Source: Pelomyxa schiedti (lineage: Eukaryota > Protista > Evosea). From it: DNA of 64,000 nt. The DNA lies in NCBI GenBank assembly GCA_020536535.1, contig JAHLWZ010000818.1, positions 1 through 64,000 on the forward strand, written 5' to 3'. Shown here piece after piece: positions 26,682 through 39,208 of this stretch. The translations under genes were made by a program, and so were the position numbers. The stretch's first letter is position 1, and each line of letters opens with the position of its first letter. A model generated the notes under the pieces. That model saw nothing but the letters and a program-made list of their open reading frames with translations. It was not told where the DNA came from and searched no databases.

Positions 26682-29460
26682 TCATCGTAAAAGTGGTTCC
26701 ACTTTCTTGATGGCAAGGAATACACCCATGCCTGCAAAGAACATGCCCACTATGAAGAGGGGGTAGCCGAGTTCCCAGTATTCGGATCCGATCATGTTTG
26801 AGAATTCTGACATTCCTCCCACACTTGCAAAGAATGTTGGAATGGTGATGGCTATGACCATTGCATTGAGGTTCTTCATCATGCGGTTGAGGTTGTTTGT
26901 GATTATGCTGCTTCTGCAGTCCGTGAGGCCATACACTACCTGCGCATGTATCCGCACCATTTGGTAGCACTGTGCATTTTCCGCAGAGAGTGATTCTAGC
27001 TGCGTGATATGGTGTGGAAGTATGGCTGGGTGAAGTAGGCCAATTCCGGGGCAGGTGTTAGAGCACAGCTTTGACAGGAGGTGCCCTGTGGAAGCTATAG
27101 CGCTGAGGAAGTAGGCAAAGCTTTTCTCAAGAGAAAACAGTTGCACCAGAGTGGTATTGTCAGTTGACTGTTCCAGGTCTGATTCCAGTCTTATTGTGCA
27201 GGTGTGCATCGTTTTTACGTGATCAGTAAACCCTAGTATGGACTGGTGCTAAAGGTTTCACCCTTGAGTAAGCTGGCAAACATAGGAAAAATTTATCATA
27301 CCACTATTTGAATAACAACATCCATAAGGCTTTCTATGTTGCGATAAAATGAAATATGGAGGATGGGATTTGGATCTTGCATGAAAATCACCAGTCTGTC
27401 GCGGAATAAAAACAGACCCACTGTGGAGACCTTATTACAGTGTAGTTAGGACGAGCACTGGATGTTACTACGTACCTGAAAGGAGATATTGGAGTTTTCA
27501 GTGAAAAGGTGTGGGAACTTTAAAAAGAACACCATGTAGTTTTCCTTGTACTCTACTCTTGACAATTCATGAGGATCAAGTGCCGCATCAAGCATCATTT
27601 GGTCTATTTTCATCTCATTTACAATAGCCTGTTGAGTCTCAAATGACGGGTTGATGAACACTACAATGGAAGCCGATTCCGCACTGGTCCTCAGGACTTG
27701 CCCATTGAAAACACACCAATAAAGGGTGGCTGGTTTGGCAGTGTTGATGTCATCTTCAATGTCAAATCTGTCTGGGGAGCGGAGATTATTGGCTTCCTGC
27801 TTTAATTTGTACAGTGCTACAGTGCTGACGATTCCAAACGCAATAAAGAAAGGATACGTCAGCGGAAACACCAGAAGAAGCCAAAGTTGCATTGAAATTC
27901 CAGACCCCCCAATGAAACTGCTGGAAAAACCTAGTACAGAACACAAGCAACATGCAAGAGCTAGTCCAATTGTAATCTCTGAATGCGGAAATGAGAAGTG
28001 ACCACAGGAAGAGAATGGAACCAGGCATTCGTGAGTGAGGGGCAAACTGTCTTGAAAATATATATATAATCCCAGCCACCAGCGGGGCACTTATAGCAAT
28101 GACCAGATTCAGCACTGACCAAGACATGCCAATCAACTGGAAAGGAGGTAAAGAGAAGTGAAATTTCTAAAAGGTTTTTTGTATTTTGTATGAAAACAAA
28201 TATCTAGGGTGGAAGAATTGGCACCAAGAAAACTATGTTGAACGCCAGAGTCGCAGACAAAGTGCCGATGTGGTCAGTCGAAGGGACTCCCAGATTGGCA
28301 ATATTCTTGTGGGCCTGGAGCTGGGCCCCGTAGCGAGCCTGGTTGTGAGTGGGTACCGCGGTGCTGGTCGGGTTGATCGAGGCGCCCCCGGGTGCCGGCG
28401 GCGTGGTAGGGGAAGGGGTCCTCGCCCTGTGCCGCAGAAGCGGCGTCGCCGCGCTCGCCGCCTCGGCCGCCCCCTCGGCCCCCACGCTGTTGCTGCGGAA
28501 GAACCGCGTCTTGTTGCGCGTTGTAGCCGGCTCCATGGTGGGCCCGGCCGCCGCGCTCCCTCCTACGGCGCCGCCGCCTCCTCCTTTTGTTAGCTCGTCG
28601 GGGGATGCGACGCGGACGTAGCCCTCCCCCGCGCCCCCGCTCACTAGAATGTCGCCGCCGTCGCCTGAGCCGGCGCCGGTGGCGGCGTGGCTGCAGGCGC
28701 AGGAGCCCGCGTGGTCGTGTGGCTGGCTCCTCCTCCCCCGGGCCGCGGCTGCCGATCTCGCGGCGGCCGTCGAGCCGATGCCCAGGCCGACGCCCATGCT
28801 CATCCCCATGCCCTCGCCGTCGTCCCCGATGCTCGCGGCGCCGCGGCGGCGCACCTGGGGGTCGAGCTGCGTGCCCCCGACCGCGTAGAAGTCGCCGCCG
28901 GGGTAGTCGTCGTCCCCGCGCCTCGCGTGCTGGCACTGGCACGAGGACACCAGGCCGCCCGAGCTGTGCCGCCTGTGGTGCACCAGCGGGGCAAACACAT
29001 GCGGCAGCAGCGGGCTCGCCTCCATCGCCTGGACCTGCTGGTCCCCCCCGCTCCCGCCGACGTCGCCCGGCCCCGCCACGCTTACGATCCCCACGGATGC
29101 CCCCGCCGCCGCCGAATCTCCCGTGCTGCTCGTGGTAGTCGTGGTCGTGGTGGTGGTAGGCGTGGTGGTGGTGGTGGTGGTAGCAGTGGCGGCCGCGGGG
29201 GTGGGCGTAGGGGGCGAGGACGCGGAGGGAGGCAGGCCGGTGGGGCGACGGGCGAGGGTGTGGGGGTGGGAGGCGGGGGAGCCCACGCCCACGTCCTGGA
29301 GGATCTCGTGCCGGGCCTGCGGGGGCGGCGTGGTGGCCGCCTGTGGCTGTGTTTGGGCTGCGGGCTGGGGGTTTATTATGGGAAGAGCCACCAGGTCGTT
29401 CTTGGGGTCGTACTGGCTCTTGAGCATTCTGAGCGTGTTGCCACCACGTGCGTCCGCCAT
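26682..29460 (-). CDS. CorA-like divalent cation transporter with extra N-terminal TM region
   Basis: ALDPHELSRVE, SSIITNNLNRMMKNL..ITIPTFFASVGGMSEF followed by a final TM helix; hydrophobic exons at 27800-28250. Confidence 0.85.
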
Positions 29461-29704
29461 TTGCTTTGCCAACCAAAATGCAATTTGAACGAAACAGTTT
29501 TTCCTCGAACACGAGATTTCTGACTTTTTCTGACTTCCATTACTCCCACCTCTTCCTTCTGGGCTCTGCGAGGTTTTACCTGCGTCTTGGGCTCCGGGAT
29601 CACACAGCGCCACGCTCAGTTGGTGTCCAGCATTTTTTCGGAATTCCTTGTTGTGCAGCAGGCTATCAGTTTCCCTTCAAATCCCGAACCATTAAAAAAA
29701 CGAA

Positions 29705-32051
29705 ATGTCGCAGCGCCGGCCTAACAGCAGTGCCAACGGCACCGGTAGATCCCCGAGATCGCCGTCTGACGCACCACCGCACAGCCCGGGATCTACGCCC
29801 AGTGGTAGTAGTAGTAAACTCAAGGATCCAGCGGCGCGTTGCGCTGACATATACAAATCCGCCAAGGCTCTGGACTCGTCAGGCAAACTCGATGTATCCA
29901 CCTCCTCGTACAAAATATATGTTTCCTAAATTATTATTAATAGGCAGCATACAGTGAGTACCTGGCATGTGTCATGTGTGGTGCACGTGAGATGTTGCAA
30001 GTCAGGGCACTATTGGAATACTCCACACAACAAAATCATGGTACCTTTAATTCACTTTAAAATATAATCGTATATTTATATTTGTAGAATGGCTAGTACT
30101 CCAAGGGCTTCTCGTCATTTACTTTTTATTTTTGTACAGCCCAAATATCAGAGCAAGCAGTGACTACTCTTGAACAATGTAAGGAGAGCTTGAACAGGGC
30201 CCATGCACTAGTAAGCACCCTGACACACTCCATTGTGCCTCCTCCATCACAGCCTGCTGTTATGGCATCAGCATTCCCAACAGCACCAACTACACCAGTG
30301 ATCCCTACCACTCCAAGTGCATCTGGTACAGTTCTCGAATTCAATTTCTTTCCGTTCTAATCCACAAGCCTTAGTTCTCTTCCCTCAGGTACCAACTATG
30401 CAACCCGTCATTATGCAGTCATCTCTTCCTCAAGGTCCTAGTGCTTCACAGCTTCCCTTGTATACCCCGCAATTCTCTGCCTTCCCTCCTACACCCAATT
30501 TCCCAGTCATCTCTTTACCACCAGCCCCAGTGGACGAGCCATTTGCCAGTTTTGCCCCTCCCCCAACTCCAGCCCAAATTGCGTCTTCAGTTAATGCATG
30601 CGGAGTGAATTTAAAGTTGATACCTGGCGTGGATCAAAGCTTTACACCAGACACTTTGGAGTACCTTCTGGTATCAATTGCAACTCATTGCACTCTAATG
30701 TTGCCTAGATTTTACCCCCAAATGCTATTGCCAAAATCAATGCTGTGTATGATCAATACACTGAAGAATGCTCCAAGACACCTATAAGACACTCAGCTAA
30801 TGTTTTTACTTCTCTCTTTTGATCATTTTCCAACTGGCACATTCAGAAACTCGCAAGGCTACGAGAGGAAACTGAAAACTTGGAAATATTCAAGGGAAAA
30901 CAGATTATGGTATCCTACTCCCACTTTCGCCTCAGCTCACTGTGTGTAGGTTATGAACCAAGTACTTTACATCACCAGAGATGCTTCGATCACCAATATA
31001 ACAAATACAACAAACACACTACTTTCCCCTCAGCATCCTGCCTCCAAGTTCCTTTCTGCTCCCAATGGGAAATTTTCTCGAGATCTCCAACTACTTGCAA
31101 GTGAATTCAATTCAAATAGACTGAGAATGTGTGATGACTCTGTCAAAATGGTCCTCGAATTCATGAGTATGTGCTGTTGTTGACAACAATACACAAGGTT
31201 ATTTATTATTGGGAGTGCATTGTCTTCTCACTATATCACAGATTCAAATACAGAAACCATGGCGGAAGCTTCAAGGGCAACTGAAGTAGAAAAGCATCAA
31301 ATCTACTTTGAAATTGAATCTAGGCTCTTTCCTCATATATACAACACAAGTTTCGCAAATTTTAAGCAGAGGGTTCCTCCCTTTTCTCCCTGGTTTATAT
31401 TGATACATCTTAGAATAGAGACAAGGACAGTGTACTCAATGCAAAGATAATGTCACTTTCAGAGGGTATAACTCCGGCTCATTTACCAATCAAAAAGCGG
31501 TTCTGGCTCGTTCCGGTAAAAATAATTTGGCAGTGTCGCTGTCTAAGAGTAACAAAAGGAAGGAGCACCACCAACACAAGCAGCTACATTCTATGATCAA
31601 GCCATTTCAAAGATGAAGGAACTCCCTACTATCGAGATACCAAAACGAAAACTGGATTGCCTGGTACCACTCCACTTTCCCCACTATTTCCTCATCTCCA
31701 CGTTCAGTCAGCCGTGCATACAGCAATTACTGACTGCGTTCGTAACTTCCACAATACTAGGACGTTTTTACCCTTGGACAAATTGATAATGTGTGTCTCT
31801 CTCTATTCCTGTTTTGCATTCACTCTCGTAGGGGTGGAGATGAGATGACACCCGTAATGACATTCGTTGTGGTGAAGTCTGGTGTTGCTGACTTGTGGTC
31901 AGAGACTGACTTGATGACATCTTTTCTTCCTGACTGGGAGTCTGGTGGGAAAGAGGCCTATGTTCTGACTACATTCAGTTGCTGTCTACAATACATAGAA
32001 TCACTAACTGTCGAAGAAATGCTTGAAAGTGCCCTAAAAGCACATGATTGA
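29705..32051 (+). CDS. VPS9-domain protein, VPS9D1-like, with MIT-like N-terminus
   Basis: AKALDSSGKLD..AYSEYLAC; IESRLFPHIY; GGDEMTPVMTFVVVKSGV..GKEAYVLTTFSCCLQYIESL. Confidence 0.82.
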
Positions 32052-32109
32052 TGTTGAAAGAAAAAATATGTTTTCTTTTGAATTAAAAGTATGTTCAAGA
32101 GGAAAAGTA

Positions 32110-35100
32110 TCATAGGAGTTTAGGGGGATGTTTGTATCCAAAGGCCTGTGGGCCAACGAGTCTAAGTGCTTTTTCTGTCCTGTACAGAGGATGGCAGGGT
32201 AGAACTGTATTTTTGGTAAGAGGTTGGTTTTTGGTGGATTTCTTACCAATCACTGATACTCGGAGCCCATACTTTAATTCTTCAGTAAAAATTGGGGTTC
32301 CAGTGGAGCTCTCTAGGATGCAAATAAGATCGGGAACGGTGGCAAGAACCTGTATTCTATTGTTATCGGGGTTAGATTCTGGTGGTAATACTTTTTTCGA
32401 TTCTCCTGGCTCCTCCGAACATTCTTTGACAATAAGGTTTTCATTTTGATATTTTATGAATGCAGATTTCCTTTCATATTCTTGAAGGCCTTGTATTGTG
32501 ATCTTGCCTTTGGAAAAACCAGAAGTTGGCTTCTTTTCTATATCCACGATTTTTCCGGTAAATAAGAGCTTCCCCCCTTTAGTTTGTAATTAGCTGTGTA
32601 AATTCTGGGTGAAACCTTTAGAAGTCACAGCCGTAATGGGGTTTTCTTTATTTCTTCTGGCCTCTAGAACTGCTTTACCAAGTTCCCAGGCCTGCTTACT
32701 GTATGAGAAACAAACTTTAAAAATCAGGATTTCCACCTTGGTGATAGAACCATGCACCAAGCTCTCACGGGCTTCTTCCTTGGAGAGAATTCCAAGACAG
32801 AGGCCAGAGGCGCAACCCATTTCAACAACAGCGTTCCTCACATGTTCCTCAACTTCTGCAGCGGTCATTCTCTCCTTGAAAAGACGTATCTCTCCACTGT
32901 CCAGGCTGCACTTGTTGTAAACAAAACAGATAAAATTATAATTTCACAACCCCATGGCTGCAGGGGATGGAGAGAGTGCTAACTCGTGGAATATGTATGG
33001 TAGGGTCATCTCAATCTTTGGGAATGCTCTTCCCATTCTAACGAAATGAGAAATAAAAGAAAACTTGGAAGGGAGCCAGTCAGTTACCCATCAGCATTAA
33101 GCACAGGTAGTCCCAACATCAAGCTCAAGCATAGAGGCTCTAGACAATTCGTGCCACCAGCTTCCAGAGATGAAAGGTGAGTTGCCTCAATGCCGGTAAA
33201 CTGTTCTACTGCCTGTAATGCATTGGCATTTGGGTTTCTCATATATCTCTCCGTCATAACAGAGGGATCTCCCAAGAAGGCCACCACTCCAATATGTGAA
33301 TTAGAGGGGATGCTATCCACTTGTACAACACGGGGTTTAGCTCCATTTTGCATGAGATTTTTCATTTTTAATCGTGTAGAATATGTTGAACCACCACCTT
33401 TTCATTGTTGAACTAATACAAGGAGGAACAGCAATAATTACCTCCAGTGCCAAGAATGCCAGCACCAAGACTGATATTGTCTATGTCCTCATCAGTGAGA
33501 AGCCATTCATTTTCATCCGTTCCCTGAACATAATGAATTGTAGAACGAACAGAGGGAGTATACAAAAGTTAAACCGGGGGGTGCCCTTGGAATTGTATAC
33601 TCAGAGGCCAGAGTTAGGGTATCAGATATATCACCTGCAACCTAGGCACAACTCTTATTCATGGAAAAAGCTCAATTGGCATACTTTGATTTGAAGTCTG
33701 GATAGCCCTCCAGTAACATAGCGTGGTGTTGTTTCAGAGAGTTCCAGGATCTCGAGGCTGGAACGCTCAGCGCCTAACCTAACAGCAATTGATTTTGCCT
33801 CTTCGATATACTACACTCCAAGTTTGAGAGGAAACTATGACTTCCATTAACTTACCCCATCAACAATTGATGTACGTGTTTCAGGAGTTATTTTCACATA
33901 TACATCGATACTGCCCGATATTTGAGGGAAAGCAGCACCAACCTTTTCGAGATCTGTTAAGAAGAACAACAGATTGCAGCACGCACAGCATTGGCAGAAC
34001 TTCCATTTTCAGGTCGTAATGTTGTTGTTGTGCCTGGGATATTGGAAGGCACAAGTATTCCACCACCGCTGAAGAGGAATCATTAATGAGAAACAAGTTT
34101 TACGTCATACCCCACAAGTATAAGAGGGAGAGGTTCTTTGGCTGTTTTTACTGAGTCCACAACATCAGTTAATTTTTCCATGATGTTCTTCATGCAACTG
34201 CTAATAAATTCAGGTGTCAGCTTTGTCACCTTGGTGCCATCTCCCACATTCGCTAATCCGGCTGCCACAGCAACATCCTAGTTTTCATAATGAAATTGCA
34301 AAATGCAAAGAATTTGGGTACCGTAGTGGTAATAACATCACCACCAAAGATAAGTGCTTTTGTGGTTATATGATGCCCAACAGATACAGGTCCCAATGTC
34401 ATATGTGTTTCATCACCAAAGACAATGGTGCCTCCACCAAGAGGAATAGATAATGTATCAGGCATTCGGAAATTTGTTGTTACCCCAGCAATAGTTATTT
34501 GTGATCCCGCAAGCCTGGGAAATCCCTTTTCAATGATACCCACGTCAGTTGTAGTTCCTTGGAGTTGTTAGTTGGCACAACAGTCACAACAGGGCACCTC
34601 CAATATCCATCACGATAGAAGTAGTCTTAATTCCTGTTACAAGAGCAGCACCGCGCATACTGTTGGTTGGACCTGAACCAACACAGAGTACTGGCCACTT
34701 GACGGCGTTTTCCGTTGTTGCCACAGTTCCGTCATTTTGACCTAATCTATGTTTTCAGATGGTCATTAAAAAACAGATATACTTATAAGGAGTTGAGCAG
34801 GAAGTCCAAGTTCCTTTATAGCCGCGGAGAAGGCATTAATGGTATGGTAAGCCAAGGGGAGCAAACAGGAATTGAGTATTGTTGCATTTTCTCTCTGTAA
34901 AAGATTGATTTGATGAAGTCCACTCGACATAGTAATTCTGTTCAAATTGAGGGGTAAACATGGTGTGAGGGAGACTATTATACAAGGCATGAGGAACTTC
35001 GTGGGAAATTATCTCTGCAGCTCGCTGCTCCATTGCGGAATTTACAGTAGAGAAGCTGCAACTTAGCTGTTAAATCGTTAGACAGATGTTGATTTGCCCA

Positions 35101-35865
35101 TTCCTAGTGGAGAGCAATACTGCAAATATCTTCAGGTTTCTATTACGGGCAATCCTGCAGGCTGCTCGCAAAGAGGCTTCATCGAGGGGATAACTCTCTC
35201 TTCCATCTACCTCATAGCCACCTTTAATTACACGCCACATTCCTTCCACACAAAGCCGTAAGTCAGAAGGGAAATCTATGAACCTATCTCAGGTCAGAGG
35301 ATAGCTTGAAATTTGTAACATACGGAGGGACAATTTCTGACCCAGGTGCAGCCAACCTAATAACAGCCACCTTAGCCAATCTCTTTCTCTGGTTTTTTGT
35401 TACAAAGTTGAATGTTTGGAGTGCAGTTCTACGTAGAAAAGCAGAAATTTTATTATACTCTCTATGTTAAGAACCAAAAGTTATGCATAAGCCGGGATAG
35501 AAATAAACCTGAAGCAGTGCATTTAGAAATGAGGTTGTGCCAATGGTAACAGATGCAACCAGTGCCGGATTCACGGAAAATTCGCTCAAAGCGCCCCGTA
35601 TTGAGCTGACAACTCCCCCAACAACGTCCTCAGTCGTAAGCTCCTTGTGGCATCCCACAACCGATTTCCGGTGCCTCTTGGCGCCGCCGAGTGCCACTCC
35701 CTCCTCCTCGTCTACGCGCACGACGGCTGCGTCCGTGTTTGTACCACCCACGTCGACTCCGACTCGGAAGAAAAACGGCACCGATCTGCTAGACCCTGAG
35801 AAACCTCCACAGCACGACTCGACGTGGGTACTTGGGGGCGCTGTTGTTGGAGTACTGCTGGTCAT
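32110..35865 (-). CDS. Hydantoinase/oxoprolinase A-type protein fused to DUF917
   Basis: RVGVDVGGTNTDAAV, IGTTSFLNALL, RENATILN, SGPTNSMRGAA, DIGGTTTDVG, SIPLGGGT. DUF917 part: EAGGTNCLEPL..LNADGMGRAFP, ATVPDLICIL, TEELKYGLRVSV, VGPQAFGY. Confidence 0.9.
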
Positions 35866-35986
35866 AATAAAGAAGTTGTTTTCCGTAACGAAAGTGATGT
35901 GAGATGGTCTGTTTGACTGATTGGGGGTTCCGTGAACCTGCAAATATCAAAAGAAGTTCCCGGTCGGGTGAAATCTTTCGTCTTGT

Positions 35987-37907
35987 TCAGGGTGTGCATT
36001 TAGGGCAGTGACAGGAGAATTTGTAGTTTTCGAGGAGAAGGCGCTGACGCTGGGGACGTGGGAGAGTCTCGTCGATGTAGGAGATTGTGAGCTCGGAACC
36101 GGCCTTTAAGGCCCTCGGGGATGATGCCAGGACCGAGAGCCGATGGCTATTATGGGAGCACGCAAGTACTACGTTGGGGTTGCAGCTGTGGTTTATTGTG
36201 TTTGTGATGGCATAAAGTCCAGTTCCAGTAGGTGTGGATTCTTGCATTCCATCGAGTGAATTCCGGAGGTCTGCTATCTGGAGGTTTTTTTTTTTTTTTT
36301 TGGTTTATTTTGGGGGGTAGTTAGGGAAGGTATCTCACATTTAGCTGGGTTCCGTTGAGTGTAATGAATGGCCTTGTGGTGTGCTCAATGGCGTCATTGA
36401 TAAAGAGATGCAAATCGGACACTGGGTGAACCGACGAGGCATTGCGTTGTAGAACTCCATTGAACTACAATATATTAAAGGTTGGTATAGGGTTTTGAGC
36501 AGAAATAAGAACCTTTTGGAAGTTTTCTAGTGTAACTAGTGTTGCACAGAACTGCCGATATTCCTTATAAATGTTAGTTATGTACAAATATAACAGATAC
36601 GTACTTCTTGGAGGGAGAAGGCCTGTTGTATTAGAGCAACCATTTCATTTTCACCCTCCGTTGGCCAGGGGTTTGTTACGAAAATCTCAAAGCACTGTGA
36701 TGCAACTTCAAGACTTACTCGATCAGAAATAACATGTTCCGCTACTGAACACATCATTCGCGCAATCAACAGTGGGTTGACAATGTGCTTTTGTCTGCAC
36801 ATATTTTCCAAAAGTAGGGCAGGATGATGTTGATTGTGCTGTGGGCACAAAACTTTGTGATGCTGCTTCCACGCGGAACTCTGACAGGCCTCACTGCAGT
36901 ACAGTTCTCTTTCACAGAACTTACAGACCAACCAGCCACTCTTCTCTCCTTGTGGATAAAGGATGTTGTGGACACTAGAAGGGAGAATCGAAGGGATAGC
37001 TTCAGCCGTCAAGAAAGACCGCATGCACCACATGCAAGTGCGTTTTTCAGAAGGGCACCCTGGTAGACAGCGTGACACTAGAGGTTGCTCCGCATACAAA
37101 AGACTCCACGGTTCGTAGTCTACCAGTGAGAATACACCCTTACCCAGGTCGCCACCAATGTGTTTAACAGTGACGTTCGGTGGTAAGTTCTTTAAGTGAG
37201 GGACATAGTATGTGCGCACATATTGTGACTGGGCCTCATGCAACTTGCCTTCAACTTCTTTTGTATTGCACTTCACCTTACTTGCACTTTGAAGGCGCAA
37301 GCATTCATCGAGACACTGCACAACAGACTGTAATCTACCGCACTCCAGGTAGTAATCACTATAGGGTGGTAAGTCTAGAAGTGCCAGTGCCTATCCTTTA
37401 AAAGGATTCATAAGAACTGTGGTAGAATTAAGGCAAGTTACCTTGACGTAGAAAGGTTTATCTCGAGAAGGACACAAAGAAATACTTCTCACAGCGTCAT
37501 CCATGGCCTTCAAACTATCAAAACAAAAAACAAAAAACAAAAAACAAAAAACAAAAAACAAAAAACAAAAAACAAAAAACAAAAAACAAAAAACATAACA
37601 ACTGCACTACCAGCATAGGCCTTCCCATTCTGCGAAAGACCAAGGCGCGGTTCGAGAGCAACGTCGCCAGGCACTCCCGGTCCACGTGCACGTCCGCTGC
37701 CGTTCGCGCTCCATGTGACGGGGACGGCGAAGGTTCGCCGGTAGCACCTGGTGCCGTTGCCAACTGTTGTGCTGCTGGGGTCGTTGTTGCCAACGAGGGA
37801 GACAACATTTGGATGGCACTTGTGTAGAGAGACAATGCTTCTTCTAGGTGACCCTGCCGAAAGGCTTCATTCCCCCTCTGTCTCTGCTCTTCGACGCCCG
37901 ACAACAT
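35987..37907 (-). CDS. TPR + SET/MYND (SMYD-type) methyltransferase
   Basis: TPR: RQRGNEAFRQG..ALSLYTSAI, LLSNRA. MYND: CMWC..CKFC..YCSEACQSSAWKQHHKVLC. SET: INHSCNPN, ELTISYID, YKFSCHCPKC. Confidence 0.9.
37519..37594. repeat. (CAAAAAA)n heptamer microsatellite in the first intron of the SMYD gene
   Basis: About 10 tandem caaaaaa units. Confidence 0.93.
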
Positions 37908-38524
37908 AGACCAGACGGATCAGTAGATCTGCGTAATTTTTTCCTTATGTTTTTTACAGATTTCCCCGATTTTATGCGGTTCGGCCCACTTTGTGATTGC
38001 CTTCTTTCATGCTGCTACTGTTGGGTTCTCATCTAAGAGGAGTTCTTCATTTGTGAGATTCAGTTTCAGCTGTAGATCAACCAGTGATTCAGAACACAAA
38101 TGGGAAATGCCAGTGTACACTAGCACCTCCAAAGGAGTAGACTCTTTGTGAAACTGAAACTCTAAGATGAGTTGTTGTCTAGCAAACCAGTAAACATGTT
38201 ATCTTCTTCTATAACTAGATGCTCCAAATACACCACCTGGTCATGGGTCCAGTGCTCTTCTTTGGTGGTTTCTTGGTTGGTTTTTGAGGAGTTCCAGAGC
38301 ATGAGGAACTGATCACTGTGTTCTTCATTGTCTTCACCACTTTTATTTGTTGTTTCCAAGGTTGCTCCAACTTGCCAGCATGGATGTGAGTCACCATAGA
38401 CAGTAAAACACATCCTAAACAGGTGCCAATATAACTGGTATCTGTGCTCCACAGTAAGCAAGTCTTGAGGTTTGACACATCCATGGCTAGGTGGTAAACC
38501 AAGAGGGGGGGAAAAAAAAAAAGT

Positions 38525-38597
38525 CGATCTTTCTGGGCCTCGAACCCAGGACCTCAAGTTTAGGAAACTTGCGCTCTTCCAACTGAGCTAAAAGACC
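38525..38597 (-). tRNA. tRNA-Arg(CCT)
   Basis: GGTCTTT-TA-GCTC-AGTTGGAA-GAGC-G-CAAGT-TTCCTAA-ACTTG-AGGTC-CTGGG-TTCGAGG-CCCAG-AAAGATC-G: full cloverleaf, followed by oligo-T terminator. Confidence 0.93.
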
Positions 38598-38713
38598 TCT
38601 TAGGATCATTGATTGTGCCAGCTGTGGGAACATGCAGCCAGTTAAACAAACAGCTTAAACAATAATTACAATTTAAAAGAAAAAAGAGGGAAAAAAAAAG
38701 AGAGCTGTTTTCT

Positions 38714-38784
38714 TGCACACGCCGAGAATCGAACTCGGGTCTCCCGCGTGGCAGGCGAGAATTATACCCCTAAACCACGTGTGC
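38714..38784 (-). tRNA. tRNA-Gly(GCC)
   Basis: GCACACG..CTCGC-CTGCCAC-GCGGG..CCGAG-TTCGATT-CTCGG-CGTGTGC-A; oligo-T downstream. Confidence 0.95.
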
Positions 38785-39116
38785 TTCACCGTACCACCCC
38801 ATGGCAATATGAATAAGAAGAAGTGTGAATGCTGTTGGTTGGGTCTGATAATAATGATGGAGGGGAGGTTCCACCCAAAAGGGCGGGAGCACGGCGACCA
38901 CATCTAACTAACCTCCCTCACACAGTTGGCAACAACCAGAGAGCTCTAGCTCCTCCTTCTCCTCCTCTTCCTCCTCTTTGCTCTTTGCTCTTTGCTGTGG
39001 TGGTGGTGTTGGTGTTAGGTGCTCACCACTGATAGCCAGCCAACATCTTGATCTGTTGGCAATTATTTTTTTTTTCCCTTCCCTTTTTTTTAAAGGGGGG
39101 GAAAAAAAAAAAAAAA

Positions 39117-39208
39117 TTGGATGAGCTCCGTCAGAGTTGAACCCGAACTCAACAGGGAAGAGAGACCCCCGAAGCTCTGGCTCCAAACCACTGAGCTACT
39201 CATCCAAC
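39117..39208 (-). ncRNA. Putative Pol III small RNA, vault-RNA-like (not a canonical tRNA)
   Basis: GTTGGATGAG-TAGCTCAGTGG(box A)...GGTTCAACTC(box B)-TGACGGAG-CTCATCCAA then a long T run; perfect 9-bp terminal stem; cloverleaf not formable. Confidence 0.65.

Noticed and set aside
38162-38557. 131-aa minus ORF downstream of tRNA-Arg
   Set aside because: Starts inside the tRNA; no recognisable domain; at most a gene fragment
39028-39075. Hairpin gccaaca/tgttggc followed by a T run, resembling a bacterial terminator
   Set aside because: Eukaryotic context; no upstream gene or Pol III boxes seen on that strand
39117-39208. Reading of the small RNA as tRNA-Sec, tRNA-Pro(CGG) or RNase MRP
   Set aside because: No UCA anticodon or G73; T-stem and anticodon stem are defective; no MRP CR-I partner for the 3' GGAGCUCAU motif. 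A tRNA-derived origin remains possible
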